Shown here piece after piece: positions 21,571 to 31,556 of a DNA stretch of 64,000 bases (position 1 is its first letter; the number at the start of each line of letters is the position of its first letter). Where the stretch lies: the NCBI GenBank assembly GCA_902595105.1, contig CACJPA010000001.1, positions 13,719 to 77,718 of the forward strand. Direction: 5' to 3'. The translations under genes and the position numbers were made by a program. This DNA is from an uncultured Pelagibacteraceae bacterium (GTDB lineage: Bacteria; Pseudomonadota; Alphaproteobacteria; Pelagibacterales; Pelagibacteraceae). The notes beneath the pieces are model-generated. The model had not been told where the DNA came from. It searched no databases and saw nothing but the letters and a program-made list of their open reading frames with translations.

Positions 21571-22443
21571 ATGAATATAAAAGATACTTTCGTAGCATCC
21601 CTTGTGCCTATTTTTTTAGGCTTCGGTTTTGTAATTGCTAAACCAGCATTTGAATCTTTTCCTCCTGTTCTTTTAATGGGTATCAGATTTACATTTGCTG
21701 CATCATTATTAATTTGGTGGTTTCCAATTCCTAAAGGATATTTGAAAAGAATATTTGCTGCATCATTAGTGGCTAATACGTTGCAATATAGTATTACATA
21801 TACTGGTTTAGATTTAATTGATGCATCTTCAGCAGTTCTTTTGGTTCAGATGGAAGTTCCGTTTGGAGTTATTTTTGCTTACTTCATGCTTAAAGAAAAA
21901 CCAACTATTAGAGCTTTGATTGGTATAGCTATCGCTTTTGTTGGTGTTTATATTTTAACTGGATCTCCTAACTTGGATGGAAAATTTATTGGAATTGGTC
22001 TTACAATTTTAGGATCTGCTATATGGGCTCTTGGACAAGTTATGGTTAAACCTTTAAGTAAAGAAATAAATCCTTTAGCTTTAGTTGCATGGTTAGCATT
22101 ATTCTCTGGACCAATTTTAATAATGCTTTCTGCAATAATTGATGGAAATACAATTAATTATTTAACAAATGCAAAAATTGATCACTGGATCATTGCAATT
22201 TATATTGGTTTCATCATGCAACCAATTACTTATGGTTGTTTCTATTATGTTTTAAAAAATAACCCGCTTTATAAAGTGCTTCCTATCGTTACGATGGGTA
22301 TACCACCAACAGGATTATTGGCTGCAATTTTTCTTTTAGGTGAAAAACCAACACAAGAATTATTTATAGGTGGTGCAATAATAATAGTAGGTGTGATTTT
22401 AATTGTATTTACAAAAAATAAAAAAGAAGAGGAAATAAAATGA
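21571..22443 (+). CDS. EamA/DMT family transporter
   Basis: About 10 TM, RF motif, LKEK and LGEKP repeats. Confidence 0.9.
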   Translation: MNIKDTFVASLVPIFLGFGFVIAKPAFESFPPVLLMGIRFTFAASLLIWWFPIPKGYLKRIFAASLVANTLQYSITYTGLDLIDASSAVLLVQMEVPFGVIFAYFMLKEKPTIRALIGIAIAFVGVYILTGSPNLDGKFIGIGLTILGSAIWALGQVMVKPLSKEINPLALVAWLALFSGPILIMLSAIIDGNTINYLTNAKIDHWIIAIYIGFIMQPITYGCFYYVLKNNPLYKVLPIVTMGIPPTGLLAAIFLLGEKPTQELFIGGAIIIVGVILIVFTKNKKEEEIK

Positions 22444-23381
22444 AAATAGGTTTTATTGGTTTAGGAAATGTAGGCGGTAAACTAGCTGGAAGTTTAATAA
22501 GAAATAATTTTGATGTTATTGTTAGAGAAATAGATGAAAGTTTAACAAATGAATTTAAAAAGCTAGGTGCTAAAATTGCAAAATCTCCTAAAGAATTAGC
22601 AGAAAAATCAGATCTAATAATTACTTCTCTTCCTTCGCCTGAGGTTTCTGCAGAAGTTATGGAAAATGAAGATGGAGTTCTAAATGGTTTGTCAGAAAAT
22701 AAAATTTGGTTAGAAATGAGTACAACAGATGAAAATGAAGTTAAAAGACTTGGGAATAAGGTAATATCAAAAAAAGCTATCCCTCTAGATGGGCCTGTAA
22801 GCGGTGGTTGTCATAGAGCTGCTACAGGTAATATTGCTATATTTGTAGGTGGAGAAAGAAAAGCTTTTGAAAAAATATTGCCTGCATTAACTGTAATGGG
22901 TAGAAAAGTATTACATACTGGTGAACTAGGTAGTGCATCAGTTCTTAAAGTCATAACAAATTATTTAGCATCAGTTCATTTAGTAGCTTTAGGTGAAGCA
23001 TGGACTGTTGCGAAAAAATCAAATTTAGATCTAACTAAAGCATTTAAAGGTATAGCAGTTTCATCTGGAAATTCTTTTGTACATGAAACAGAAAGTCAGG
23101 TTATTTTAAATGGCTCTTATAATATCAATTTCACAATGGATCTTGTTTTAAAAGATACTGGTTTATTTGATAATCTGGCTAAGAAATTAAATGCTCCTTT
23201 AGAGATTTCGCCAAAGATAGTTGAGATATTTAAAGATGGACAAAAAAAATATGGTTCAAGAGCATGGTCTTCCATGATTGTAAAAAGAATGGAGGATTTA
23301 AATAATATTAATTTTAGAGCTGAAGGTTTTCCTGATGAGCTTGTGGATAATGAACCAGAAGAAAAAGGCTATGAAATTTAA
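22440..23381 (+). CDS. Beta-hydroxyacid dehydrogenase (3-hydroxyisobutyrate dehydrogenase family)
   Basis: GFIGLGNVG, MSTT, DGPVSGG, LKVITN, KD motifs. Confidence 0.85.
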   Translation: MKIGFIGLGNVGGKLAGSLIRNNFDVIVREIDESLTNEFKKLGAKIAKSPKELAEKSDLIITSLPSPEVSAEVMENEDGVLNGLSENKIWLEMSTTDENEVKRLGNKVISKKAIPLDGPVSGGCHRAATGNIAIFVGGERKAFEKILPALTVMGRKVLHTGELGSASVLKVITNYLASVHLVALGEAWTVAKKSNLDLTKAFKGIAVSSGNSFVHETESQVILNGSYNINFTMDLVLKDTGLFDNLAKKLNAPLEISPKIVEIFKDGQKKYGSRAWSSMIVKRMEDLNNINFRAEGFPDELVDNEPEEKGYEI

Positions 23382-23402
23382 TAAATATGCTAAGATTATT
23401 AA

Positions 23403-24836
23403 ATGTTAGATAAAAGAAAATTTTATATAAATGGTGGATGGGTTGATCCAGTTAAAAAAAATGACTTCGAAGTAATTAACCCATGTAATGAAGATCCTTG
23501 TGCAATTATTTCGTTAGGTTCAAAAGATGATACAGATAATGCTGTAAAAGCTGCAAAAACTGCATTTGAGAGCTTTAAAGAAACCACTAAAGAAGAAAGA
23601 TTAGATTTACTTGAAAAATTATTAACTATTTACAAAAGAAGGTTTGGTGAAATGGCTGAAGCTATCTCATTAGAAATGGGAGCACCAATGGATTGGGCTA
23701 CAGATGTGCAAACTGCATCTGGACAAGCTCACTTGGAAGATTTTATAATTAGACTTAAAGAATTTGAATTTGATGAGCATTTTGATGAAAAATCAAATAA
23801 TCATATTTATTATGAACCAATTGGTGTTTGTGGATTAATAACTCCATGGAACTGGCCAATAAACCAAATAGCTCTCAAAGTAGTTCCTGCATTTGCAACA
23901 GGATGCACGATGATATTGAAGCCTTCAGAAATAGCACCAATATCAGCAATGCTATTTGCAGAAATGATTGATGAAGTTGGATTTCCTAAAGGGGTTTTTA
24001 ATTTAGTGAATGGAGATGGTGTTGGCGTTGGAACTCAAATTTCAAGTCATCCTGATATTGATATGGTTTCTTTTACAGGTTCAACAAGAGCTGGGAGATT
24101 AATTTCAAAAAATGCAGCTGAAACAATTAAAAGAGTTTGTTTAGAACTTGGAGGCAAAGGTGGAAATATAGTTTTTGCGGACAGTTATAAAAATGCAGTT
24201 CGAGATGGTATCAGAAATGTAATGAGTAATTCAGGTCAATCCTGTGATGCACCTACAAGAATGCTTGTTGAAAAATCTATTTACCAAAGAGCTGTGGATG
24301 AAGCAGTTGATGAGGCAAACAAAATAGGAGTTGATCAAGCCTCTAAAAAAGGAGATCACATTGGACCTGTAATTTCAAAAACTCAGTATGATAAAATTAT
24401 AAATTTAATTGAAAGTGGAATTACAGAAGGAGCAACGTTAGCTGCAGGAGGTCCTGAACTACCTAATGGATTAAATAAAGGCTATTTTATTAAACCCACA
24501 ATTTTCACAAATGTTACAAATGAGATGAGAATAGCAAAAGAAGAAATTTTTGGTCCAGTTCTATCTATTATTCCATTTGAAACTGAAGATGAAGCAGTAA
24601 ACATTGTTAATGATACTTCATATGGTTTAGGAAATTATTTACAAACTGATGACAGAGAAAAAGCTCATAGAGTTGCAAAAAAATTAAGATCAGGTTGTGT
24701 TTACATAAATGGTAATGCAGCTGACGCAGGCACCCCGTTTGGGGGATATAGACAATCAGGAAATGGTAGAGAAGGTGGAGTATGGGGACTTACAGAATAT
24801 CTTGAAGTAAAAACTGTTACTGGTTGGAAGAATTAA
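23403..24836 (+). CDS. NAD-dependent aldehyde dehydrogenase, paralog of 7750-9183
   Basis: ITPWNWP, FTGST, LELGGK, GQSCDAP, EEIFGPV. Confidence 0.95.
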   Translation: MLDKRKFYINGGWVDPVKKNDFEVINPCNEDPCAIISLGSKDDTDNAVKAAKTAFESFKETTKEERLDLLEKLLTIYKRRFGEMAEAISLEMGAPMDWATDVQTASGQAHLEDFIIRLKEFEFDEHFDEKSNNHIYYEPIGVCGLITPWNWPINQIALKVVPAFATGCTMILKPSEIAPISAMLFAEMIDEVGFPKGVFNLVNGDGVGVGTQISSHPDIDMVSFTGSTRAGRLISKNAAETIKRVCLELGGKGGNIVFADSYKNAVRDGIRNVMSNSGQSCDAPTRMLVEKSIYQRAVDEAVDEANKIGVDQASKKGDHIGPVISKTQYDKIINLIESGITEGATLAAGGPELPNGLNKGYFIKPTIFTNVTNEMRIAKEEIFGPVLSIIPFETEDEAVNIVNDTSYGLGNYLQTDDREKAHRVAKKLRSGCVYINGNAADAGTPFGGYRQSGNGREGGVWGLTEYLEVKTVTGWKN

Positions 24837-25536
24837 TACTTTTAAATTCTAACATATCTTCAAAGGTGCACATTTCAGGTTTTTCAAGAGTTAGTTTTGG
24901 AAACCTTTTACTAAAGTCAAAAAATAATTTTTTATTAAATTCAATTAAATTTTTTATTTCAGTTTGATTAAGTTCTCTTAATATATACGCTAAAGTAATA
25001 TGGAAAGTGTATCTTTGATGATTTTCAAATTGAATTTTTAACAAACTGCTTAGTTCATCTCTACAATTTCTTAATATTTTTTCGTCCTTTTCAGAAAATG
25101 GTTCTAAAATAATACTGTAACCACCAAAAAACATTTTTAATTTTAAGTTTAATTCTTCAGGAAAAATATAATCCTTAATTCTTTTATTTAACTCAATAGC
25201 TATATTTTTGTAATCCATATTAGGATCTATATTTGATGGCCAATAATTAGTGTTTTTTGTATTTAAATTACAACAATCAAATAATGTCATATGAAAGCTG
25301 GAAGGAGGTAAATAGAAATAAGTTTTTTTAGGATTAAAATTTTCTATTTTTTTTTGAAAATAAATAATTTCATTAGATAAATCAGTATTAAGAGGAATAT
25401 TGCAAATTATTGTACAGCCTGGAAATGATAAAGGTTTCCCTTTGTCATCAAATTTATTTTCAGCACCCTTTAAACTATATCCTTGAAGTTTACCTGATAA
25501 AAATTTTTCCTCATTATTAACTATGTTTAAATCCAT
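24817..25536 (-). CDS. 2H phosphoesterase (DUF1868-like)
   Basis: Two HxT motifs (SFHMTL, FHITL); KFD..G...PG.TIIC N-terminus. Confidence 0.8.
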   Translation of the reverse strand: MDLNIVNNEEKFLSGKLQGYSLKGAENKFDDKGKPLSFPGCTIICNIPLNTDLSNEIIYFQKKIENFNPKKTYFYLPPSSFHMTLFDCCNLNTKNTNYWPSNIDPNMDYKNIAIELNKRIKDYIFPEELNLKLKMFFGGYSIILEPFSEKDEKILRNCRDELSSLLKIQFENHQRYTFHITLAYILRELNQTEIKNLIEFNKKLFFDFSKRFPKLTLEKPEMCTFEDMLEFKSINSSNQ

Positions 25537-25545
25537 TAAAATAAA

Positions 25546-26466
25546 TTAGAACCATTTTACATTTTCTTTATCACAAAGTTCTTTCAACCTTAGTGGATAA
25601 TCTGTCATGATGCCGTCTACACCATATTCAATCATTTTTAACATCTCGTACTCTTTATTTACCGTCCATACATTCACTGGCAAATCCTCTTGATGAGAAA
25701 TATCAACAAGTTTTTTTGTAATGTCTTTCCGGTAAGGATGCCAAGCTTTTCCACCTTGTGACTTTATAATTCCTGGTAATTCATGGTCTTCATAATATGG
25801 TAAAAAGCTCAACCAAGGAGATCTGTTGAAGATAGTTTGATTAACGTTAATTCCTGTCAAATGTTGAGTTAAGTAAGCTCTTGGAATTTCTGGATAGTTA
25901 TTTTTGATTACTGTTAAAGTTCTCCAATCAAATGATGAAACGATTATTTTATCTTTTAAATGTGATCCATTTATATCCTTCATAACTAATTTTACTGTAT
26001 CTTCTGGTTCCGGTGTTAAATTTTCTTCGTCTGGTGTAGATTTAATTTCTAAATTAATTAATAAATTTTCAGATTTATTTTTTTTAGACATTTCTAATAA
26101 TTCAGAAAGTTTTGGTATTTTTTGATTTTCTAATTTTTTTTGATTAATAAATCTTCTACCATATCTAGATAATTTATTTACTGAACCTACATCAAATTTT
26201 AAAAGTTCTTTATAAGTTAAATCAAATATTTTTATATTTTCATCCTCTATCCAATTTCCTTCATTATCTTTTGTTCTACTTGGATCTAATCTAAAATCAT
26301 GAGCAATAACTGGTACTAAATCTTTTGAAATTAAAATATCTGTTTCGTAGGCATTAATATTATTATCAAATAAATATTTAAAACTATCTAGTGTATTTTC
26401 TGGTAGATCGCCTCTTGCTCCTCGGTGACCATAAATTTTTATATGATTTGGTTTTGCTAAAATCAA
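25546..26466 (-). CDS. ugpQ: Glycerophosphodiester phosphodiesterase
   Basis: GHRGARG, PENT, ETD, HD, EIK, SSFD, WTVN, GIMTDYP. Confidence 0.92.
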   Translation of the reverse strand: MILAKPNHIKIYGHRGARGDLPENTLDSFKYLFDNNINAYETDILISKDLVPVIAHDFRLDPSRTKDNEGNWIEDENIKIFDLTYKELLKFDVGSVNKLSRYGRRFINQKKLENQKIPKLSELLEMSKKNKSENLLINLEIKSTPDEENLTPEPEDTVKLVMKDINGSHLKDKIIVSSFDWRTLTVIKNNYPEIPRAYLTQHLTGINVNQTIFNRSPWLSFLPYYEDHELPGIIKSQGGKAWHPYRKDITKKLVDISHQEDLPVNVWTVNKEYEMLKMIEYGVDGIMTDYPLRLKELCDKENVKWF

Positions 26467-26468
26467 AT

Positions 26469-27521
26469 TTAGTTTACTCTTTTGCCAGTGCTTTTATCAA
26501 AGATATAATATTTATTTTCTTCAATATTCAAACTTAGAGTGTCGCCTTTTTTGATTATTTGGTTTCCTGGAGATCTATAACAAAAATCTTTTATATTTTT
26601 TATTTGTCCATAAACAAGATTATCTGAACCTAGCTGTTCTACCAATTCTACTTTTAAATTTATCAAACCATTTTCAGACTCTATTAAATGCTCTGGTCTT
26701 ATTCCTAAAGTAACCTCACCATTATAATCGCTATCTATATTTTTTATTTCAAAATTTTCAGCTGACAGCGTTTTGTTGTTTAAATTAGCATCTAAAAAAT
26801 TCATTTGTGGTGAACCGATAAAACCAGCAACAAATAAAGATTCCGGATTATTATAAATTTCAATAGGGGTTCCAAGCTGTTCAATAATTCCATTATTTAT
26901 AACAGCCAATCTATCCGCAAGGGTCATGGCCTCAACTTGATCGTGTGTAACAAATATACTTGTTACTCCAACTTTCTGCTGAAGTTTTTTGATTTCAAGT
27001 CTCATCTGGATTCTTAGTTTTGCGTCCAAGTTTGAAAGAGGCTCATCAAATAAGAATATTTTAGGGTTTCTAACAATCGCTCTACCCATAGCAACTCTTT
27101 GTCTTTGACCACCAGATAACATTGATGGTTTTCTTTGTAAAAAATCTGAAATTTGTAAAAGTTTAGCTGCATCATTAACTTTTTGCTCGATTGTTTCTTT
27201 GTCAATTCCTCTGTTTTTTAAACCATAAGCTAGATTGTTATAAACATTCATATGTGGATACAATGCATAGTTCTGAAATACCATTGCTACATCTCTTTCA
27301 GATGGATCAACTTCATTTATTAATTGTCCATCAAGATTAATATCACCTTCAGTTATATCCTCTAAACCTGCAACCATTCTTAACAACGTTGATTTTCCAC
27401 ATCCACTAGGTCCTACAAAAACCATGAACTCTCCTTCACTAATACTTAATGAAGTTTCATGTACTGCTTTTGTGCCATTAGGGTAAATTTTTGTCACATT
27501 TTTTAAATCTAAAAAACTCAT
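26469..27521 (-). CDS. ugpC: sn-glycerol-3-phosphate ABC ATPase
   Basis: GPSGCGKST, MAMVFQNYALYPHM-like, LSGGQRQRVAMGRA, DEPLSNLDAKLR. Confidence 0.92.
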   Translation of the reverse strand: MSFLDLKNVTKIYPNGTKAVHETSLSISEGEFMVFVGPSGCGKSTLLRMVAGLEDITEGDINLDGQLINEVDPSERDVAMVFQNYALYPHMNVYNNLAYGLKNRGIDKETIEQKVNDAAKLLQISDFLQRKPSMLSGGQRQRVAMGRAIVRNPKIFLFDEPLSNLDAKLRIQMRLEIKKLQQKVGVTSIFVTHDQVEAMTLADRLAVINNGIIEQLGTPIEIYNNPESLFVAGFIGSPQMNFLDANLNNKTLSAENFEIKNIDSDYNGEVTLGIRPEHLIESENGLINLKVELVEQLGSDNLVYGQIKNIKDFCYRSPGNQIIKKGDTLSLNIEENKYYIFDKSTGKRVN

Positions 27522-28373
27522 TTATTTCTCCGTTTGAATTAATCCTTTTATGAACCATTTTTGTAAAAATACCACCACTAATACTGGGGGGATCATAGAC
27601 AAAATAATATACGCAAATCTTTCTGCGGTTCTTGGTAGTGCAACTCCTTCGTAACTCTCTGTGTAAATAATTTTCATCCCCATTACAACAGTCCAATATT
27701 CTTCGGCAGTAGTCATAATCAATGGCCATAAATATTGGCTATATCCATAAACAAACATAAATATAAACATTGCAGCTATCATAGTTTTTGATAGTGGAAC
27801 TAAGAAATCAATGAAAAAACTCCAAGCATTTGCTCCATCTAATTTTGCAGACTCCAATAATTCATCTGGAATTGTTTTGTAAAATTGTCTGAAGAAAAAA
27901 GTTGCCGTTGCTGAGGCAACTAATGGAAGAATAAGTCCTGTATACGAATTGGTCAAACCTAAATCAGATACTATTTTATAGCTTGGAAATATTCTCACCT
28001 CTAAAGGAACTAGTAGAGTAATGAAGATCAACCAAAAAATTGGTACTGCTAATTTAAATCTATAATAAACTAAAGCGTATGCAGACATTGCTGAAATAGC
28101 CACTTTAAGTGTAGCAATTCCTAAAGCCATTATAAAACTGTTAATAAACATTTTCGCAGCGGTTACTTCCTCAGACCAACCACCTTTTTCATTTAAAACT
28201 TCATTATAGTTTCTTGAAAATTGATCACCCAAAGTAAACCTCATACCTTCTGTAAGTATAGATACATTTTCATGTGTAGAACTTGCAAAAGAAATCCAAA
28301 TTGGGAGAACCATTAACAAAACTCCTATTATTAAAATAATATGAGCAACAATTTGAAGTGGTTTTATTTTCAT
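27522..28373 (-). CDS. ugpE: G3P ABC permease UgpE (copy 2)
   Basis: PLEVRIFPSY, ASATATFFFRQF, PDELLESAKLDGA. Confidence 0.88.
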   Translation of the reverse strand: MKIKPLQIVAHIILIIGVLLMVLPIWISFASSTHENVSILTEGMRFTLGDQFSRNYNEVLNEKGGWSEEVTAAKMFINSFIMALGIATLKVAISAMSAYALVYYRFKLAVPIFWLIFITLLVPLEVRIFPSYKIVSDLGLTNSYTGLILPLVASATATFFFRQFYKTIPDELLESAKLDGANAWSFFIDFLVPLSKTMIAAMFIFMFVYGYSQYLWPLIMTTAEEYWTVVMGMKIIYTESYEGVALPRTAERFAYIILSMIPPVLVVVFLQKWFIKGLIQTEK

Positions 28374-29191
28374 TTATCTTGAAAAACTCCTTTAATAAAA
28401 TGTTTTTGTAAAACAATTATAATTAAAATTGGTGGAACCATAGACATCATAACAAATGCAAAACGATGAACAATTGAACCTGACATCATCTTTAGTCCCA
28501 TTACTACTGTCCAGTATTGCTCTGAACTTGTTACTAATAATGGCCATAGGTACTGGTTGTAACCAAAAACAAACATAAATATTAACATCGCCACTATCAT
28601 TGTTTTTGATAATGGAACTAAAAAATCAACAAAAAATCTCCAAGTATTTGCTCCATCAAGCTTTGCTGATTCAAGTAATTCATCTGGAACAGTTTTGTAA
28701 AACTGTCTAAAAAACAATGTTGCTATAGCTGAAGCTGATATAGGCACAATTAATCCGAAATAAGAATTTACTAGATTTAACTCAGCCATTACTGAATACG
28801 TAGGAAAAATTCTTAACTCTAATGGAACTAAGATTGTAACAAATATTATCCAGAACAATAATGTTGCATATTTTGTTCTATAATAAACTAAAGCATAGGC
28901 AGCCATTAAAGATGTAATAACAGATAATATTGCAACTCCAGTTGCCATTATGAAACTGTTTAAAAACATTTTTAAAGCAGTTATCTCTTTAAAAAAACCA
29001 CCCTCGTATAATAAAACTCTCAAATAATTTTCATAAAAGCTGTCTCCTAAAAACATTTGAAGACCCTGAGTATTAATCGTTAAACCTGAATGAGTTGAGC
29101 TAGCAAAAATCATCCATACAGGAACAATCATAATTAATATTCCTATAAACAAAATAAAATGAGAAAATCCTGATGTAATTAATCTAGTCAT
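28370..29191 (-). CDS. ugpE: G3P ABC permease UgpE (copy 1)
   Basis: PLELRIFPTY, ATLFFRQF, PDELLESAKLDGA. Confidence 0.85.
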   Translation of the reverse strand: MTRLITSGFSHFILFIGILIMIVPVWMIFASSTHSGLTINTQGLQMFLGDSFYENYLRVLLYEGGFFKEITALKMFLNSFIMATGVAILSVITSLMAAYALVYYRTKYATLLFWIIFVTILVPLELRIFPTYSVMAELNLVNSYFGLIVPISASAIATLFFRQFYKTVPDELLESAKLDGANTWRFFVDFLVPLSKTMIVAMLIFMFVFGYNQYLWPLLVTSSEQYWTVVMGLKMMSGSIVHRFAFVMMSMVPPILIIIVLQKHFIKGVFQDK

Positions 29192-30069
29192 TAATTATAA
29201 TGTATTCTCCCTTCTATGTATCTAAATTGAAAAATTGTAATAAATAATACTATGAACATCATCATTATTGATTGAGCGCCTGCACTTCCTAAATCTAATC
29301 CTCTGAAGCCATCCATGTAGGCTTTGTAAACTAGAGTTCTTGTTTCACCTGATGGGGCACCTATTGTTGTAGTATCAATAATACCGAACGTATCAAAAAA
29401 CGCATAAGTAATATTAATAATAATTAAAAAGAATGTTGTTGGCATTAATAGAGGAAACGTAATTGTCCAAAATCTTCTAACACTGTTTTTGCAATCTATC
29501 ATAGATGCTTCAATCACAGATCTTTGTATGGCTTGTAGACCCGCCAAAAAGAAAATGAAATTTGCACTAATTTGCTTCCAGGAACCAGCAATAATTAAAT
29601 AAATATACGAGTCAAAGACACTTTCGTACCAATTAAATCCCCATAGATTATTAAACAAATGGTAAAGTAGTCCAAATCTTTCACTAAAAAAATAATTTGC
29701 CATTACACCAACAACAGCAGGAGCAATTGCATATGGCCAAATTAATAATGTTTTGTATGCACTTTTGCCATGCATAACATTGTTTGCCTGAACTGCGAGC
29801 AATAAGCCAATAGAAGCTGTGATTAGTGTTATTACAAAGCTATAAATAATAGTAAACTTAAATGCTATCCAATAAGCAGGATCATCAAAAATAAATAAAA
29901 AATTATCAAACCATACAAACTGAGTTCCAAATCCAAATGCATCCTGCATTGTAAATGCATCTCTAAAAGTTTGAATGATAGGCCAATATAAAAAAATTAA
30001 TAAAATTCCTAACTGTGGAGCCAAAAATAAATATTGAGAATAACTAGATTTAAATTGGACTTTTTTCAT
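29191..30069 (-). CDS. ugpA: G3P ABC permease UgpA
   Basis: LIWPYAIAPAV, WKQISANF, AFFDTFG, TLVYKAYMDGF. Confidence 0.9.
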   Translation of the reverse strand: MKKVQFKSSYSQYLFLAPQLGILLIFLYWPIIQTFRDAFTMQDAFGFGTQFVWFDNFLFIFDDPAYWIAFKFTIIYSFVITLITASIGLLLAVQANNVMHGKSAYKTLLIWPYAIAPAVVGVMANYFFSERFGLLYHLFNNLWGFNWYESVFDSYIYLIIAGSWKQISANFIFFLAGLQAIQRSVIEASMIDCKNSVRRFWTITFPLLMPTTFFLIIINITYAFFDTFGIIDTTTIGAPSGETRTLVYKAYMDGFRGLDLGSAGAQSIMMMFIVLFITIFQFRYIEGRIHYN

Positions 30070-30083
30070 ATAAGTAAAATAAA

Positions 30084-30117
30084 AATTAAGGAGGGTAATT
30101 ACTTACCCTCCTTAATT
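30084..30117 (-). terminator. Hairpin between ugpB and ugpA
   Basis: Perfect 15-bp stem AATTAAGGAGGGTAA / TTACCCTCCTTAATT, 4-nt loop, T-rich tail on minus strand. Confidence 0.85.
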
Positions 30118-30127
30118 AGATTATTGT

Positions 30128-31435
30128 TTATAAAGTTTTAGCAAATTGTTTTAACAATTTAGCTGCACCTTTATCCATGTTCTTCAATCCTTTTTCGATA
30201 GATATTTTACCGTTTAACATAGGCTCAACATTTTCGTAAATTACTTCACGAATTTGTGGCCAGTTACCAGCTCTATATCCACCAGGAATAGTCGAACCTT
30301 CTAAGCTTAATTGTTCACCAACTGCTTTATGATATGGAGAAGCTCTATAGAAATTTATAGTTTCAGCTAACTCTATACCACCTTTAGTTACTGCAGAGTA
30401 ACCAGTCATATTGTGATAATACAGATCCATTTCTGGAGAACCCATAAATTCTATAAATTTAGCAAGTCCTTTGTACTCTTCTTCTGTATGACCATTTAAT
30501 ATCCAGTTAGCAGCACCACCAATAAATGTTGGATACTCTTTACCACCTGTTACAGAATCCCAATAAGGAATATGGTTTACTGTAAAGTTAGGAACAACAC
30601 CTTTCATTCCACCGAACGATGCAGCTGAACCAAACCAAAACGCAGCTTCACCAGCTATAAATGGAGCTTGGTTATCTCCCCATGCTCTTCCTTTATAGCC
30701 ATAAAGGCCTTTTTCATACCACTCTTTAACTTTCTTCCAGTGCATTACAAATGCATCCGTTTCAGCAAATAAAGTTTTTGTTGGAACAGCATCGTAACCA
30801 TTGTTACCATCTGTCATAAGTAAGTTATGTCTTGAAAAGAAATTTTCTGTCCAGATCCAAGGAAAGTGACTTTGAACTAAAGGTATGTATCCAGCAGCTT
30901 TAATTTTTGGAGCCATAGCCTCAAATTCTTCGTAAGTTTTTGGTACTGATTCAATTCCAACTTCTTTCAAAATATCCATATTTGCATACATCAAACAAGT
31001 TGAACTGTTGAATGGCACACCGATCATTTTTCCATCAGAGTCAGCATAGAAATTTTTAATTCCTGGAATGTAATTGTCTGCATCAACTTTAATTCCATAT
31101 TTCTCTGCCATTTCTTCAAAACCGATAACAACACCATTTTTTACTTGAGCTACCATTATCGCAGCACCAGCATCATAGACTTGTGAATAGTGTGGCTGGT
31201 CCCCTGCTCTAAAAGCAGCAATTGTTGCAGCCATGTTATCTTCGTAACTTCCTTTTCCTGTTGGAATTACTGTATATTGATCTTGTGAAGCATTAAATCT
31301 ATTTGCAATTTCAATAATTACATCACCAAGAAAACCACTGTTTCCATACCACCAGTGAATTTCTGTTTTTGAATAACTGTGTGATGTAAAAGAGAATGTA
31401 AATAGAATTGTAAAAATACTTAGTATTTTTTTCAT
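30128..31435 (-). CDS. ugpB: G3P/glycerophosphodiester ABC substrate-binding protein
   Basis: Signal peptide, IHWW, FNASQ, KGSY, AAFRAG, PFNSST, IGGA. Confidence 0.85.
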   Translation of the reverse strand: MKKILSIFTILFTFSFTSHSYSKTEIHWWYGNSGFLGDVIIEIANRFNASQDQYTVIPTGKGSYEDNMAATIAAFRAGDQPHYSQVYDAGAAIMVAQVKNGVVIGFEEMAEKYGIKVDADNYIPGIKNFYADSDGKMIGVPFNSSTCLMYANMDILKEVGIESVPKTYEEFEAMAPKIKAAGYIPLVQSHFPWIWTENFFSRHNLLMTDGNNGYDAVPTKTLFAETDAFVMHWKKVKEWYEKGLYGYKGRAWGDNQAPFIAGEAAFWFGSAASFGGMKGVVPNFTVNHIPYWDSVTGGKEYPTFIGGAANWILNGHTEEEYKGLAKFIEFMGSPEMDLYYHNMTGYSAVTKGGIELAETINFYRASPYHKAVGEQLSLEGSTIPGGYRAGNWPQIREVIYENVEPMLNGKISIEKGLKNMDKGAAKLLKQFAKTL

Positions 31436-31461
31436 TTTTTTCCCTCTCTTATTTATTAACT

Positions 31462-31511
31462 TTTTTACAATTGTAAAAATTAAACGTTAAGATAACGTTA
31501 AATTAACATTA
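31462..31511 (-). promoter_or_regulatory. Candidate operator upstream of ugpB: three 11-bp-spaced repeats plus 18-bp palindrome
   Basis: AACGTTA at 31483 and 31494, AACATTA at 31505; palindrome TTTTTACAATTGTAAAAA at 31462-31479. Confidence 0.5.
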
Positions 31512-31556
31512 CTTAAATATTAAAATTTATAAATTTTCTATACTGAGTTGAATCTG

